DNA of 64,000 bases from a virus (taxonomy: Duplodnaviria; Caudoviricetes): positions 1-64,000 of the IMG/VR virus record IMGVR_UViG_3300031998_000058. One strand, 5' to 3'. This document shows positions 29,604 through 38,202 of the stretch, in pieces (position 1 is the first letter of the stretch; every line of letters begins with the position of its first letter). The notes under the pieces were generated by a model. That model did not search any database and was not told the DNA's origin. It worked only from the letters and a program-made list of their open reading frames with translations. A program made the position numbers and the translations under genes.

Positions 29604-31015
29604 TCAATAATCATCACATTGACAGCTACAGCAGCCGTGGGAGTTGTTGAGCAGTTAAAGGTAAGCGAATTAGCCGCCTGTGCCGAGCAGTAAACATCCG
29701 CTGCCGTGTATACATCCTTGCTTGCCGGAGCGTATGTAACGATGATTCCTGAGTTCGCAGTAACGCCTGAAACGGTCTTCGTACAAGAGCCGTTAGACCA
29801 GTCAGAAGTGGCGATATTTACAGTAGCATAGGTAATGGAAACACCACCGGACGCTGCCGCCGCTGCCCATGCTCCGCTGACTACTGTAAGCACCTTGTCA
29901 TTGTCGGACGATGTTACTGACGGAAGTGCCGGGATTGATATATTTCCGCTTCCAAGTAAGCTGGTGCTGTTGATAGTCTTAATATTTGTTCCGCTTACCA
30001 GTGTGTCCTGCTTGTCCTCTACCATCTCAAGCAGAGACTTTTCTGCCGTCCAATGTGCCTCTGTCCATGACTCTGCCGTGGTAATAGCCGTATTGCACTT
30101 ATAGATGCCATAACTGTATCTTACTCTGTCTCCAACAGCGTATGTCTCAGATGAAGAGTAAGCAGGAATATTCGTAATCAAAGTTCCAGCTATCGAGTTC
30201 ATTGCTTTCGGTGTTAAAGCTAACGCCTCACTGGTACTGGTTGCCGATGAACTCAGCTTCGTCAGGCCGTAATAAGTAGTCGTAGCAGTTCCTTTTGCAC
30301 TCATGACAAAATTCGTGCCGTCATACACAAAGTCAATTACTTCACCTGATACCCAGTAATATCTGTCAGTAGTTGTAGTTCCTACTCTGGCGATGTTAGA
30401 TGCGCCTGTTCCATCTACGTTCAGAGTGGCGGTGCCATTATATGAGTTACCGCTGGTCATCTTTATACGAACCATTGCGCCGGTGGTCTTGACAAAATCG
30501 CCATTGGTCGTGGTTGCTACTTTAGCCGCTGTACCGGCACTGGTAGCACAAGTTGCGTAATATGTCTTATATGATCCAGGTGACTGACAGATATATCTGT
30601 AGTAAGTCCCATCATACATAAAGTAGACGACATTGTTTGCCGCCCACTTACAGAAGTTGGTCGCGCTTGCTACAGCGGAACCAACATAGATTGCCGCCGC
30701 ACCTGTGGAGTTGATGTTCAATGTAGGCGCGGCTGCCGTGTTTGCTGTTGAGAATAATACGCCGATGATCGCTCCCTTTTCTTTGGCGTATCCCGAACAG
30801 GTCACGGCTTTTGCCGCTGTCGATGCCGTTGTGGAGCAGGTTCCGTACCATGTGGTCGTACCGCCAACGGATATGTCCCCTGATCCCAACAGGCTTGTAT
30901 TATTAATGGTCTTGATATTTGTGCCGCTGGTCAGAATCGGCTGATAGGTTGCATCAGCTTTATCTTTGATGTCGCCGACCAAATATTCAACACCTGTGTT
31001 GTCTATGTATGCCAT
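29591..31015 (-). CDS. tail fibre/whisker-like protein with fibre repeat and CBM5/12-like module
   Basis: ATTTYYGLTKLSSSATSTSEALALTPKA fibre repeat; YSSSETYAVGDRVRY..IYKC..W module; duplicated SGTNIKTIN.TSLLGSG. Confidence 0.75.
   Translation of the reverse strand: MAYIDNTGVEYLVGDIKDKADATYQPILTSGTNIKTINNTSLLGSGDISVGGTTTWYGTCSTTASTAAKAVTCSGYAKEKGAIIGVLFSTANTAAAPTLNINSTGAAAIYVGSAVASATNFCKWAANNVVYFMYDGTYYRYICQSPGSYKTYYATCATSAGTAAKVATTTNGDFVKTTGAMVRIKMTSGNSYNGTATLNVDGTGASNIARVGTTTTDRYYWVSGEVIDFVYDGTNFVMSAKGTATTTYYGLTKLSSSATSTSEALALTPKAMNSIAGTLITNIPAYSSSETYAVGDRVRYSYGIYKCNTAITTAESWTEAHWTAEKSLLEMVEDKQDTLVSGTNIKTINSTSLLGSGNISIPALPSVTSSDNDKVLTVVSGAWAAAAASGGVSITYATVNIATSDWSNGSCTKTVSGVTANSGIIVTYAPASKDVYTAADVYCSAQAANSLTFNCSTTPTAAVAVNVMIIEGGG
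29595..29603 (-). repeat. poly-G tract (G9)
   Basis: GAG GGG GGG GGC TGA at the end of the CDS. Confidence 0.95.
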
Positions 31016-31071
31016 TGCATTCCTCCTTTGTTAGAAATGTTTAATTGGCGTGTTGGTTGTATAATGTTGTT

Positions 31072-31354
31072 TTATCTAGGGTCGCTATCAGTAATAGTAA
31101 TATTGCTTTCTGGCATTTCAAAATAATATATCCTCTGGTAATCCTGAGGAGCCATAAATCCTGTGTCTACAAATGTCACCTCTGGAACAGATGTAATATC
31201 TCCACTCATATCTGCACATATATACACGGTATCACCGGCATAGGCCTCAGTGATTATATCGCTTACTTGCCCTCTATCGCCTGGTCTTGATCCGGGCGTA
31301 AAACTCGCATAAGCCGTAGTTCCACTAATCGAGTAGGCTGTCACTGCCCCCCCC
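31072..31354 (-). other. out-of-frame C-terminal extension (InlB B-repeat-like) of the 164-aa fibre protein
   Basis: joins upstream CDS if G8 becomes G9; YYFEMPESNITIT motif. Confidence 0.75.
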
Positions 31355-31835
31355 ACGCAGAATTGACTGCTGTCGCAATCTCCTGTTCTGTCATGGCGGT
31401 CATGCTGGTTCCTACACTCCCGACATACTGATAATGACTCCCGTCATAAACAAACTCATGCGCTCCGGCTGCCAGAACCTCCGCACTGATTGCCGAAGAG
31501 CCACGGTATACCGCCACTGCGCCAGTGGAATTGACGTTCAGGGTGGGTGAAGCCGCCGTGTTGCCATTACTGAACGTAATGATAATAGACTTGCCTGAAG
31601 CCAGCGTGAATCCAGAACAAGTCACAGTTTTGGCAGCCGTCCCTGCTGCCGTAGTACATGTACCATAATCGGGGCCTCCGCTTGCCGCTGAGATTACCCC
31701 GTTGTTGTCAACATTAATCGTAGTGCCGTCCGGCTGAACCACGCCCAAGCTGGACGTGGTTGCCGGTACAACACGACTATCTTTCAAATCATATGATTGA
31801 TTGTTTGGGAGGACGATTGCTTTGATATTCGCCAT
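31341..31835 (-). CDS. fibre/collar-type protein
   Basis: ATTSSLGVVQPDGTTINVD; YGTCTTAAGTAAKTVTCSG domain shared with 29591-31015. Confidence 0.7.
   Translation of the reverse strand: MANIKAIVLPNNQSYDLKDSRVVPATTSSLGVVQPDGTTINVDNNGVISAASGGPDYGTCTTAAGTAAKTVTCSGFTLASGKSIIITFSNGNTAASPTLNVNSTGAVAVYRGSSAISAEVLAAGAHEFVYDGSHYQYVGSVGTSMTAMTEQEIATAVNSAWGGQ
31347..31354 (-). repeat. poly-G tract (G8)
   Basis: TGG GGG GGG CAG TGA at the end of the CDS. Confidence 0.95.
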
Positions 31836-31873
31836 GATTCCCTCCTAATATAGTCTGTGTGATGTGTAGTAAA

Positions 31874-33250
31874 TTATTCGCTATCGGGTGTAACCGTGAT
31901 CTTAGCCGCAGAGCCGGAGAAGGTTGCCGCAGACGGTACAGTAATGTTGCCGGTTTCCAGTCTGACCGCAGAACCAGAGAAGGAAGCAGCAGAAGGAACA
32001 GCAATAGCTCCAGTTTCGAGACGTACACCAGTGCCGCTGAAGGAAGCGGAAGCCGGTACGCTGATGTTTCCGGTGACAAGCCTTGCGCCAGTACCAGAGA
32101 AGGAAGCTGCGGACGGAACACTGATGTTGCCAGTCTCAAGCCTTACAGCAGAACCTGAGAAGGAACCAGCTGTCGGAAGGTCGAACGCAGCATTCGCCAG
32201 GGTCATGTAATCGCCAGCGAACTCGTAAGCAGCATCGCCAGTCTTAACAGTGACATCAGTTGCAGTGATGGAATCGCCAGTGGTGAATCCAAGCTGATAG
32301 AACGTAAGGACTTCATCAGCTACATTGTAGTAGGTGATGGCATTGTCCGGAGCAGAAGCAGTCGGAGCCGCCGCTACTACGCTCTTGGCTACAGTGACAG
32401 CAGACGGATTGTGGATCGTGGATGTAGCGCCTGCGCTTGCAGTGGAAATAGTACCTGCGCACTGGAAGGTGTGAGCCGCAGATGTGCCAGCCGAAGCAGT
32501 GATGGCCGGAGCTGTGCTGGAAGTCGTGAAGGATACAGTACCAGCAGGTGTGTAAGTAGCATCTCCAGAATCAGCTACAGAGACAGCAGCCTTTCTGCCT
32601 TCTTCTGTCAGAGTTATGGAGCCAGCAGGTGTGTAGGTCGCATCTCCTGAAGAAGCAGCCGATACGGTCGCAGTCCTTGCTTCCTCTGTCAGAGTGATCG
32701 AACCTGCGGGAGTGTAGGTCGCTGCACCAGAAGCTGCGGGGCTGACCGCTGCACTTCTGTTTTCCTCGGTAAGAGTGATGGAACCAGCCGGTGTATAAGT
32801 AGCTTCACCGGTAGCTGCCTGACTGACCGCTACAGTCTCAGTGCCATTGGTAAGAGTAATCGTACCGGCAGGAGTGTAGTTCGCAGATGCAGTATCGACA
32901 TAAGCCATGTCGCCAAGATCAGACAGGTCGATAGCTGTGGTTCCTAATTTCTCCCAGGAGTAGTTGTTGCCAACTTTTACAGTGATGTACTCATCATATA
33001 CGTTGTTCTCACGATCCTCGCCGGGAACAAGATAGATGGTGTACATTGTGGCGGACGAAGCTACCAGAGTACCAGTGATGGTCGTAGCGCCGTCTTTCCA
33101 TGTAACATCTTTCGGGGTCGTGGCAGCATCGGTACTGATAAGGTACTCAAACGAGTTTAAGCTCTCTATAGCTGACCGTGCGACTTCATCCTTGATGTCA
33201 TAGGTTACGCCATTAGGCATCGTAATTTGTTTGATTGTGGGATTAGCCAT
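31874..33250 (-). CDS. Ala/Ser/Thr-rich repetitive virion fibre/decoration protein
   Basis: start MANPTIK (AAAGGAG RBS); five 27-aa YTPAGSITLT repeats and ~five 20-aa SFSGxxxRLETGNISVP repeats. Confidence 0.7.
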   Translation of the reverse strand: MANPTIKQITMPNGVTYDIKDEVARSAIESLNSFEYLISTDAATTPKDVTWKDGATTITGTLVASSATMYTIYLVPGEDRENNVYDEYITVKVGNNYSWEKLGTTAIDLSDLGDMAYVDTASANYTPAGTITLTNGTETVAVSQAATGEATYTPAGSITLTEENRSAAVSPAASGAATYTPAGSITLTEEARTATVSAASSGDATYTPAGSITLTEEGRKAAVSVADSGDATYTPAGTVSFTTSSTAPAITASAGTSAAHTFQCAGTISTASAGATSTIHNPSAVTVAKSVVAAAPTASAPDNAITYYNVADEVLTFYQLGFTTGDSITATDVTVKTGDAAYEFAGDYMTLANAAFDLPTAGSFSGSAVRLETGNISVPSAASFSGTGARLVTGNISVPASASFSGTGVRLETGAIAVPSAASFSGSAVRLETGNITVPSAATFSGSAAKITVTPDSE

Positions 33251-33271
33251 TGTTAACAGTTCTCCTTTCAA

Positions 33272-33784
33272 TTAAAGATTGTTTTGAAATATTAGTGTTT
33301 CCGATTCGCATGAAACGGCGAGTCGCTCATTCCAGATTGCTTTTTCTTCAGGTGTAACGTGGATTGACATATCGTTGATATGAATGCCCAATCTCTCTTC
33401 CACCAGCTCGATAGCTTCCGCCATGGATACCTTGACTACATCTGTTCCTGTCCACGATCCTGTATGGTTGTTCTTGAACCGATACAAATCGTCTTCATAG
33501 ATTACGTAGTCCCCCGCCTTATACGACAAGGTGCTATCGAACTCAGGCGCAATCATGTCCTGCGTTTTTGCTAACTCTTCTACGATTTCCCCTGTGGATG
33601 ATGCCTTCATCCAGCAATCTTCGTCCCATGGACCGGTTGTGGATTTGGTGCATATATAAAGCTCATCGTCATAGATGCAGTATTCACCAGGCTTATAGCT
33701 TTTGCTCGGATCATAGTCTTCCGCCGATGGTGAGCCGCCCCCGCCAGACAAGGCTTTTATTAAGATATAATCTGTTACTTTCAT
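33272..33784 (-). CDS. protein with two CBM5/12-like modules
   Basis: YDPSKSYKPGEYCIYDDELY..W and FDSTLSYKAGDYVIYEDDLY..W. Confidence 0.65.
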   Translation of the reverse strand: MKVTDYILIKALSGGGGSPSAEDYDPSKSYKPGEYCIYDDELYICTKSTTGPWDEDCWMKASSTGEIVEELAKTQDMIAPEFDSTLSYKAGDYVIYEDDLYRFKNNHTGSWTGTDVVKVSMAEAIELVEERLGIHINDMSIHVTPEEKAIWNERLAVSCESETLIFQNNL

Positions 33785-33808
33785 CTATAGTCTCCTTCGC
33801 AGTGGCGC

Positions 33809-33976
33809 TTATCCGAGTTCGAGCCATCGTTCGTTCTCTTCATCCCAAGCAAAAATCTTTTGGGTATCCATTTCGACAAATGTGCTACCGTTTCTTATAT
33901 TTCCTGTAGGCTTATCATCCGTGCTGAGTCCTACAAACTCATCTGTTAAATGTCCATCTTCTGTGACCATGACCAT
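33809..33976 (-). CDS. small phage structural-region protein (55 aa)
   Basis: GAAAGGAG RBS; GLSTDDKPT..NGSTFVEMDT..W motif. Confidence 0.7.
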   Translation of the reverse strand: MVMVTEDGHLTDEFVGLSTDDKPTGNIRNGSTFVEMDTQKIFAWDEENERWLELG

Positions 33977-33999
33977 GCTCCTTTCTGAAAACTTGTTGT

Positions 34000-35322
34000 T
34001 TAGATTCCTTCTAACCAAAGCGTATGAGATACGCTGTGTTCTCCATATGATGCTGTTATCGTTAATGGCGTTACGCTTCCACCCCAGCATGTCACGGCCG
34101 CTTGATTGGGATATTCGGCAATCGTATATGCTTCTTCATCCGCACCATTTGCTGTCCATGTGATTGCCTGTTCTGTTGCCCGTCCTTCTTCGTAGTAATA
34201 AGCCTCAAATGTGATTGAGCTGCCATACGGCAAACGTCCCGGATAACTATTCAGAAACGCTACATGAGGATCCGCATCAATTCCTTCTACATTAACAGTG
34301 AAATTAATGTTCCGGTCGGGATTCTGATCCAGTATGACTCTGATCGTTGCGATTCCTTCGCCTACCGCAGTCACATTCCCTTCCGCGTCAACAGTCAGAA
34401 CGCTTTCATCGCTGCTCTCCCACGAATAACTTACCGGGTGTTCTTCCGTTGAAGAAACTTCCTCCGTCTCGCCCAGGTAGCTTCTGGTACTGCGTGCCAT
34501 AAACTGTTCTGTATCTCCCACTGTCAAAGTACTGCTGCCAAGGACATTTATGTCCCAAGCAAATGTCTTGCCTCCGGCCACGCGGTTGACCATATCATCC
34601 GTGTTGTCGTTTGGCTCGTCGTATCTAAGTGCAAATTCCATCAATCCGACGGAATCGTCTTCAAAAGTGAATTCAGCCTGAAAGTCCGAAAAGCCTGTAA
34701 GCATATATGCCGATGAGCCGAGAATGATCCTGCTGTTATGGAACAGTTGTTTTGTCGCTGCATTGGATTGGATCGCTGCAGGGAAATATCCTTTCGTGAT
34801 CATGGTTGATCTCTGTGAATCCGGAGTGCTGGCCCTCATCATGTCAAGGTTCACGGCCAACGGTTCCCTGCAAAGATTTCCGTAATAGTCCAGGTAATTC
34901 CAAGTGGTATCGCATCTTCTGACAACAGCTGTCCCGCCATCCCCCATGTTTCTCGGGTCATCTACCAGCCAAACGCTTCCCAGCGCAATAATCTTTGCCC
35001 CTTTCCGCAGATACTCATATTGACGTTCTGCTATTAGGATCCGTTTATGATCATCGGCTGTAGATGTAAGCGTTGCGTTACTTACGATATCCGTGAACCG
35101 CAGATGAACTTTCGTATATTCAAACGGTTCTTCCGGGTTTAATCCCTGGACTTCTGCCTCAACGTAATTGCTGGAGTATTTTGCTTTTTCCTGTATGAAT
35201 GTTCTTGTCTCCGGGGCGTTATATTCCTTTTGCTTACCGCTGTATTGTTTTGGACGATAGCTCCTATAAGAAAGAGAGGCGCTGTTTATTATTCTTGTTT
35301 TAGCAAGTTCATCTTTGAGCAC
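34000..35322 (-). CDS. head-closure/neck protein fused to Ig-like (Big_2) domain
   Basis: position after adaptor; SWESSDESVLTVDAEGNVTAVGEGIATI Ig motif. Confidence 0.6.
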   Translation of the reverse strand: MLKDELAKTRIINSASLSYRSYRPKQYSGKQKEYNAPETRTFIQEKAKYSSNYVEAEVQGLNPEEPFEYTKVHLRFTDIVSNATLTSTADDHKRILIAERQYEYLRKGAKIIALGSVWLVDDPRNMGDGGTAVVRRCDTTWNYLDYYGNLCREPLAVNLDMMRASTPDSQRSTMITKGYFPAAIQSNAATKQLFHNSRIILGSSAYMLTGFSDFQAEFTFEDDSVGLMEFALRYDEPNDNTDDMVNRVAGGKTFAWDINVLGSSTLTVGDTEQFMARSTRSYLGETEEVSSTEEHPVSYSWESSDESVLTVDAEGNVTAVGEGIATIRVILDQNPDRNINFTVNVEGIDADPHVAFLNSYPGRLPYGSSITFEAYYYEEGRATEQAITWTANGADEEAYTIAEYPNQAAVTCWGGSVTPLTITASYGEHSVSHTLWLEGI

Positions 35323-35344
35323 AGCTATCCCCTCCTTCCACTTC

Positions 35345-36049
35345 TTATATCAACGTCTTTGCACTTGTTTTAAGAGTTACTGGCATGATCCGGTTGTATG
35401 CAACATCCTGTTCGTATTTTCGCAGTTCAGCATTGAACGTCTGGATCTTTGTCTGAACCTTGTCGCTCAACTTGGCCGTATAAGTAGACTCGTTAACAGT
35501 GCTATAGTTCGAGTCGTGAATCTTCGGCGTCTGATTGAGCCAGTTATTATCGAACCGGTCGTACCATACAAGCGTTACAGCTTGTCCGAACAGCCTGAGC
35601 ATTGACAGGGTAAGGTCCGCAAACGATCCATCCGTATAAACGAATATCTCGTATTGCGCACCAACCTGTGTCTGGACCGTGAACGTGATGTCTCCCGTCT
35701 CTGCATCGTATGAAAAGTCTTCGTATGGAATTGCATACGTACCATCTTCCGAACGCAAGACGACCGAGCACAGCTCATATCCAATAAGCCCTGTGTGTAC
35801 TACGGTCTCCTCGGTGAGGCTCTCGTCTGTTGCGGTCCATTCCGCCGAATCGAATTTGGCTTCTATGTAATTACTGTTGATATAATCAAACAGCTCAGGC
35901 GGACGATTGAGTAATGGCATGGCAGCAGAAACATAAGCGCTCATCGTTCTGTAAAACGCAGCCGGATTTACGTTTAGTTCTTCGGTCAGCCGAATATCAT
36001 CGATGTATATCATGGCTTGGCTGATTACTTCTGATACTGTCGTTGCCAT
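35345..36049 (-). CDS. putative head-tail adaptor
   Basis: positional; helical N- and C-termini. Confidence 0.5.
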   Translation of the reverse strand: MATTVSEVISQAMIYIDDIRLTEELNVNPAAFYRTMSAYVSAAMPLLNRPPELFDYINSNYIEAKFDSAEWTATDESLTEETVVHTGLIGYELCSVVLRSEDGTYAIPYEDFSYDAETGDITFTVQTQVGAQYEIFVYTDGSFADLTLSMLRLFGQAVTLVWYDRFDNNWLNQTPKIHDSNYSTVNESTYTAKLSDKVQTKIQTFNAELRKYEQDVAYNRIMPVTLKTSAKTLI

Positions 36050-36069
36050 TTTGTTACTCCTGTTCTTGA

Positions 36070-37050
36070 TTAAAAGCCGATCAGCTTCTTAAAGGTCGTC
36101 GGGCCACAAACACCATCCACGGCAATTTTCTTTTTCTTCTGGAACGCACGAACCGACGCTTCCGTAGCACGACCGTATGACTGGTCGCACACGCCCTGGT
36201 AATAACCATCAGCACTCAGCAGTTCCTGTGCCAGATATACGTAGATGTTCTTATCTCCAGCCTGTACCTGATGCACGACCTTCGGATTTCCTGCTATGCC
36301 AAGGATGTTCGTCCATGTAGCGGAATCGCATTCACCAGTGACCTTCAGTTTTCCGCCATGGTCTTTGATATACTGCTGATACTTTATGACTGCCTTGATC
36401 GTGAGGTCTCCGTAGCTTCCGTCAATCTTCTTCTGCGGATACATACCTCTGCTGCATAGCAGTCTCTGTAACAGCTTGACCTTCTTCCCCTGGCTTCCAC
36501 CTTTGATCTTCGATACTTTGAAACTGTGCGTATCATCCGGTTCCGGCTCTCCCCATCTGCAAGAGGATGTGTATAAGCAGCAGATATTTCCTGCGAAATC
36601 GCTGAACGGATGCCATCCTGTTCTAACGGTCGATGCCGGATCATACACAAGATACTGGTCTGTGTTTGCATCGTATCCGACAACCGCAATGTAGTGGCCG
36701 CTCGTCGTCCACATGGGACTGACTACGTTATGCATCAGGAGTACACCTTCGCATCCGCTTTTGATCACGTTCTTCCACTGTTCGAATATGGAGCAGTCAT
36801 ACGTACCGTCCATACTGGATCCAAGCATCTTTCCGTCTTTGCCATAAGCGGCAAGCGCAGCATTGATGCCTCCCCAATATGTTCCGTGACCATCCGTAGT
36901 GGCATAGCCATTAGCGGTCATCCAGTCAGCCACCGTAAGTGGAGAGATTTCCAGAAGGTCTGCTACGGAAGTAGGTCCGCATCCTTGAGAAGCAAATGAC
37001 CCTCCACAATATGTAGCGTTGTAGTTATATTGTTTGTAATCACAAGACAT
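36070..37050 (-). CDS. endolysin: C39-like cysteine peptidase plus two PG-binding domains
   Basis: QGCGPTS (Cys), SGHYIAV (His), YDPAS (Asp); two DGxYG.xT.xAV.xFQ PG_binding_1 motifs; next to holin. Confidence 0.85.
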   Translation of the reverse strand: MSCDYKQYNYNATYCGGSFASQGCGPTSVADLLEISPLTVADWMTANGYATTDGHGTYWGGINAALAAYGKDGKMLGSSMDGTYDCSIFEQWKNVIKSGCEGVLLMHNVVSPMWTTSGHYIAVVGYDANTDQYLVYDPASTVRTGWHPFSDFAGNICCLYTSSCRWGEPEPDDTHSFKVSKIKGGSQGKKVKLLQRLLCSRGMYPQKKIDGSYGDLTIKAVIKYQQYIKDHGGKLKVTGECDSATWTNILGIAGNPKVVHQVQAGDKNIYVYLAQELLSADGYYQGVCDQSYGRATEASVRAFQKKKKIAVDGVCGPTTFKKLIGF

Positions 37051-37329
37051 TTACTGTCCCTCCGTTTTCTTAGTCTCTTTAGCAGCCAGACGTTCTTCTT
37101 TCATAACGGCATCGCCTTTTAGCGCCGCTTTCGTATAGCTGTTGTTAAACCAGAAGGTAACTACAGACGTAACGATCAAGAAGAGTGTGCTTACCAGTTC
37201 GGATACCGTTGCTTCTTCGAACGGAAGTATAGGTTTTCCGGCTGCGGTCAGTGCCTGATTGATGATCGCAATGATCAGAACGACTGTTCTCGCTATGGTT
37301 GCACCGGTAATCTTATATTCTCCCTGCAT
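37051..37329 (-). CDS. phage holin, SPP1 family
   Basis: TIARTVVLIIAIINQAL..GK.ILP...FWFNNSYTKAA signature. Confidence 0.85.
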   Translation of the reverse strand: MQGEYKITGATIARTVVLIIAIINQALTAAGKPILPFEEATVSELVSTLFLIVTSVVTFWFNNSYTKAALKGDAVMKEERLAAKETKKTEGQ

Positions 37330-37345
37330 TCCAACTCCTTCCCGA

Positions 37346-38083
37346 TTACTCGATCAGATCCTGTTTGTTCATCCCCTCAAGAATCGCCTTGAACCCAGGC
37401 TGCGGAGCAATCTTATTCATTTTCACGACGACATCCCTTGATACCTTTCTTTTGGTTTCGGGATTCATCCATGATTCGTAATAAACTTTGGCAACAACCT
37501 TTTTGCTGGCGTCACACAGATCGGTATATATGTTTACAATGTCATCTGAGCATTCGAGCATGCGTGTGAAGACCTGTTTATCAAGGACTTCACCGGGTTT
37601 ATAATTGACTCCGTACATCTCCCGTTCTTCATCTGTGAATCCGCCAAGAACGATCAACCATCTGTCTTTAATGAAGTCTCTCGTCATGGAATCAAGGATC
37701 CTCGACAGGTCGTTCTTCGGAACGCTGAAGTTTCCAACCTTTCCGGTGATTTTTCCATACTCGCCTCGTTCTCCAATGAGAAGCTCGTTCTCGTCTGCGA
37801 CCGGTGCCAGCCATAAAAAGTCAACTCTTTCCCTGTCCTGGCTCACAAAGATAGTCTGCGGAACTGTATTCACCTGTGTTTTGAGCTGATTCATCTGCTC
37901 CTGAAGCATGTTGTTCTGCTCTTGTGACATCTCGAACTGTTTCTGCAGCATCTCGTTCTGTTTCTTCAGTTCTTCCAATAGCGCATTCTGTTTCTGCTCA
38001 TCGGTTGTTGTAACCTCAGTTTTCGCCGGTTCCGCTTTTGCGGTCTGGTTAACTTCATTCTTCTTTGTTGATCTGGTTGCCAT
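37346..38083 (-). CDS. hypothetical head-region protein
   Basis: start moved to MATRSTKK (AAAGGAG RBS); coiled-coil N-half. Confidence 0.55.
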   Translation of the reverse strand: MATRSTKKNEVNQTAKAEPAKTEVTTTDEQKQNALLEELKKQNEMLQKQFEMSQEQNNMLQEQMNQLKTQVNTVPQTIFVSQDRERVDFLWLAPVADENELLIGERGEYGKITGKVGNFSVPKNDLSRILDSMTRDFIKDRWLIVLGGFTDEEREMYGVNYKPGEVLDKQVFTRMLECSDDIVNIYTDLCDASKKVVAKVYYESWMNPETKRKVSRDVVVKMNKIAPQPGFKAILEGMNKQDLIE

Positions 38084-38131
38084 AAGTGATATCTCCTTTC
38101 TATCCTCTTTTCTCGATATCATTATTCAAAC

Positions 38132-38176
38132 GGCTGTGGGGAGGGCTTGCACCTCCCCTGCGAAATATCTCCAGCC
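38132..38176 (-). promoter_or_regulatory. structured element 3' of capsid gene with T-arm-like hairpin
   Basis: GGCUG...CAGCC closing stem; GGGGAGG-UGCAAGC-CCUCCCC hairpin. Confidence 0.55.
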
Positions 38177-38202
38177 CTATTTCAGGAGGTCTATGAATAC
38201 GA

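Noticed and set aside
28570-31070. Antisense TATAAT boxes in fibre intergenic gaps (28576, 31060) and possible invertible-segment ends
   Set aside because: AT-rich context, no matching -35, no long inverted repeats and no invertase.
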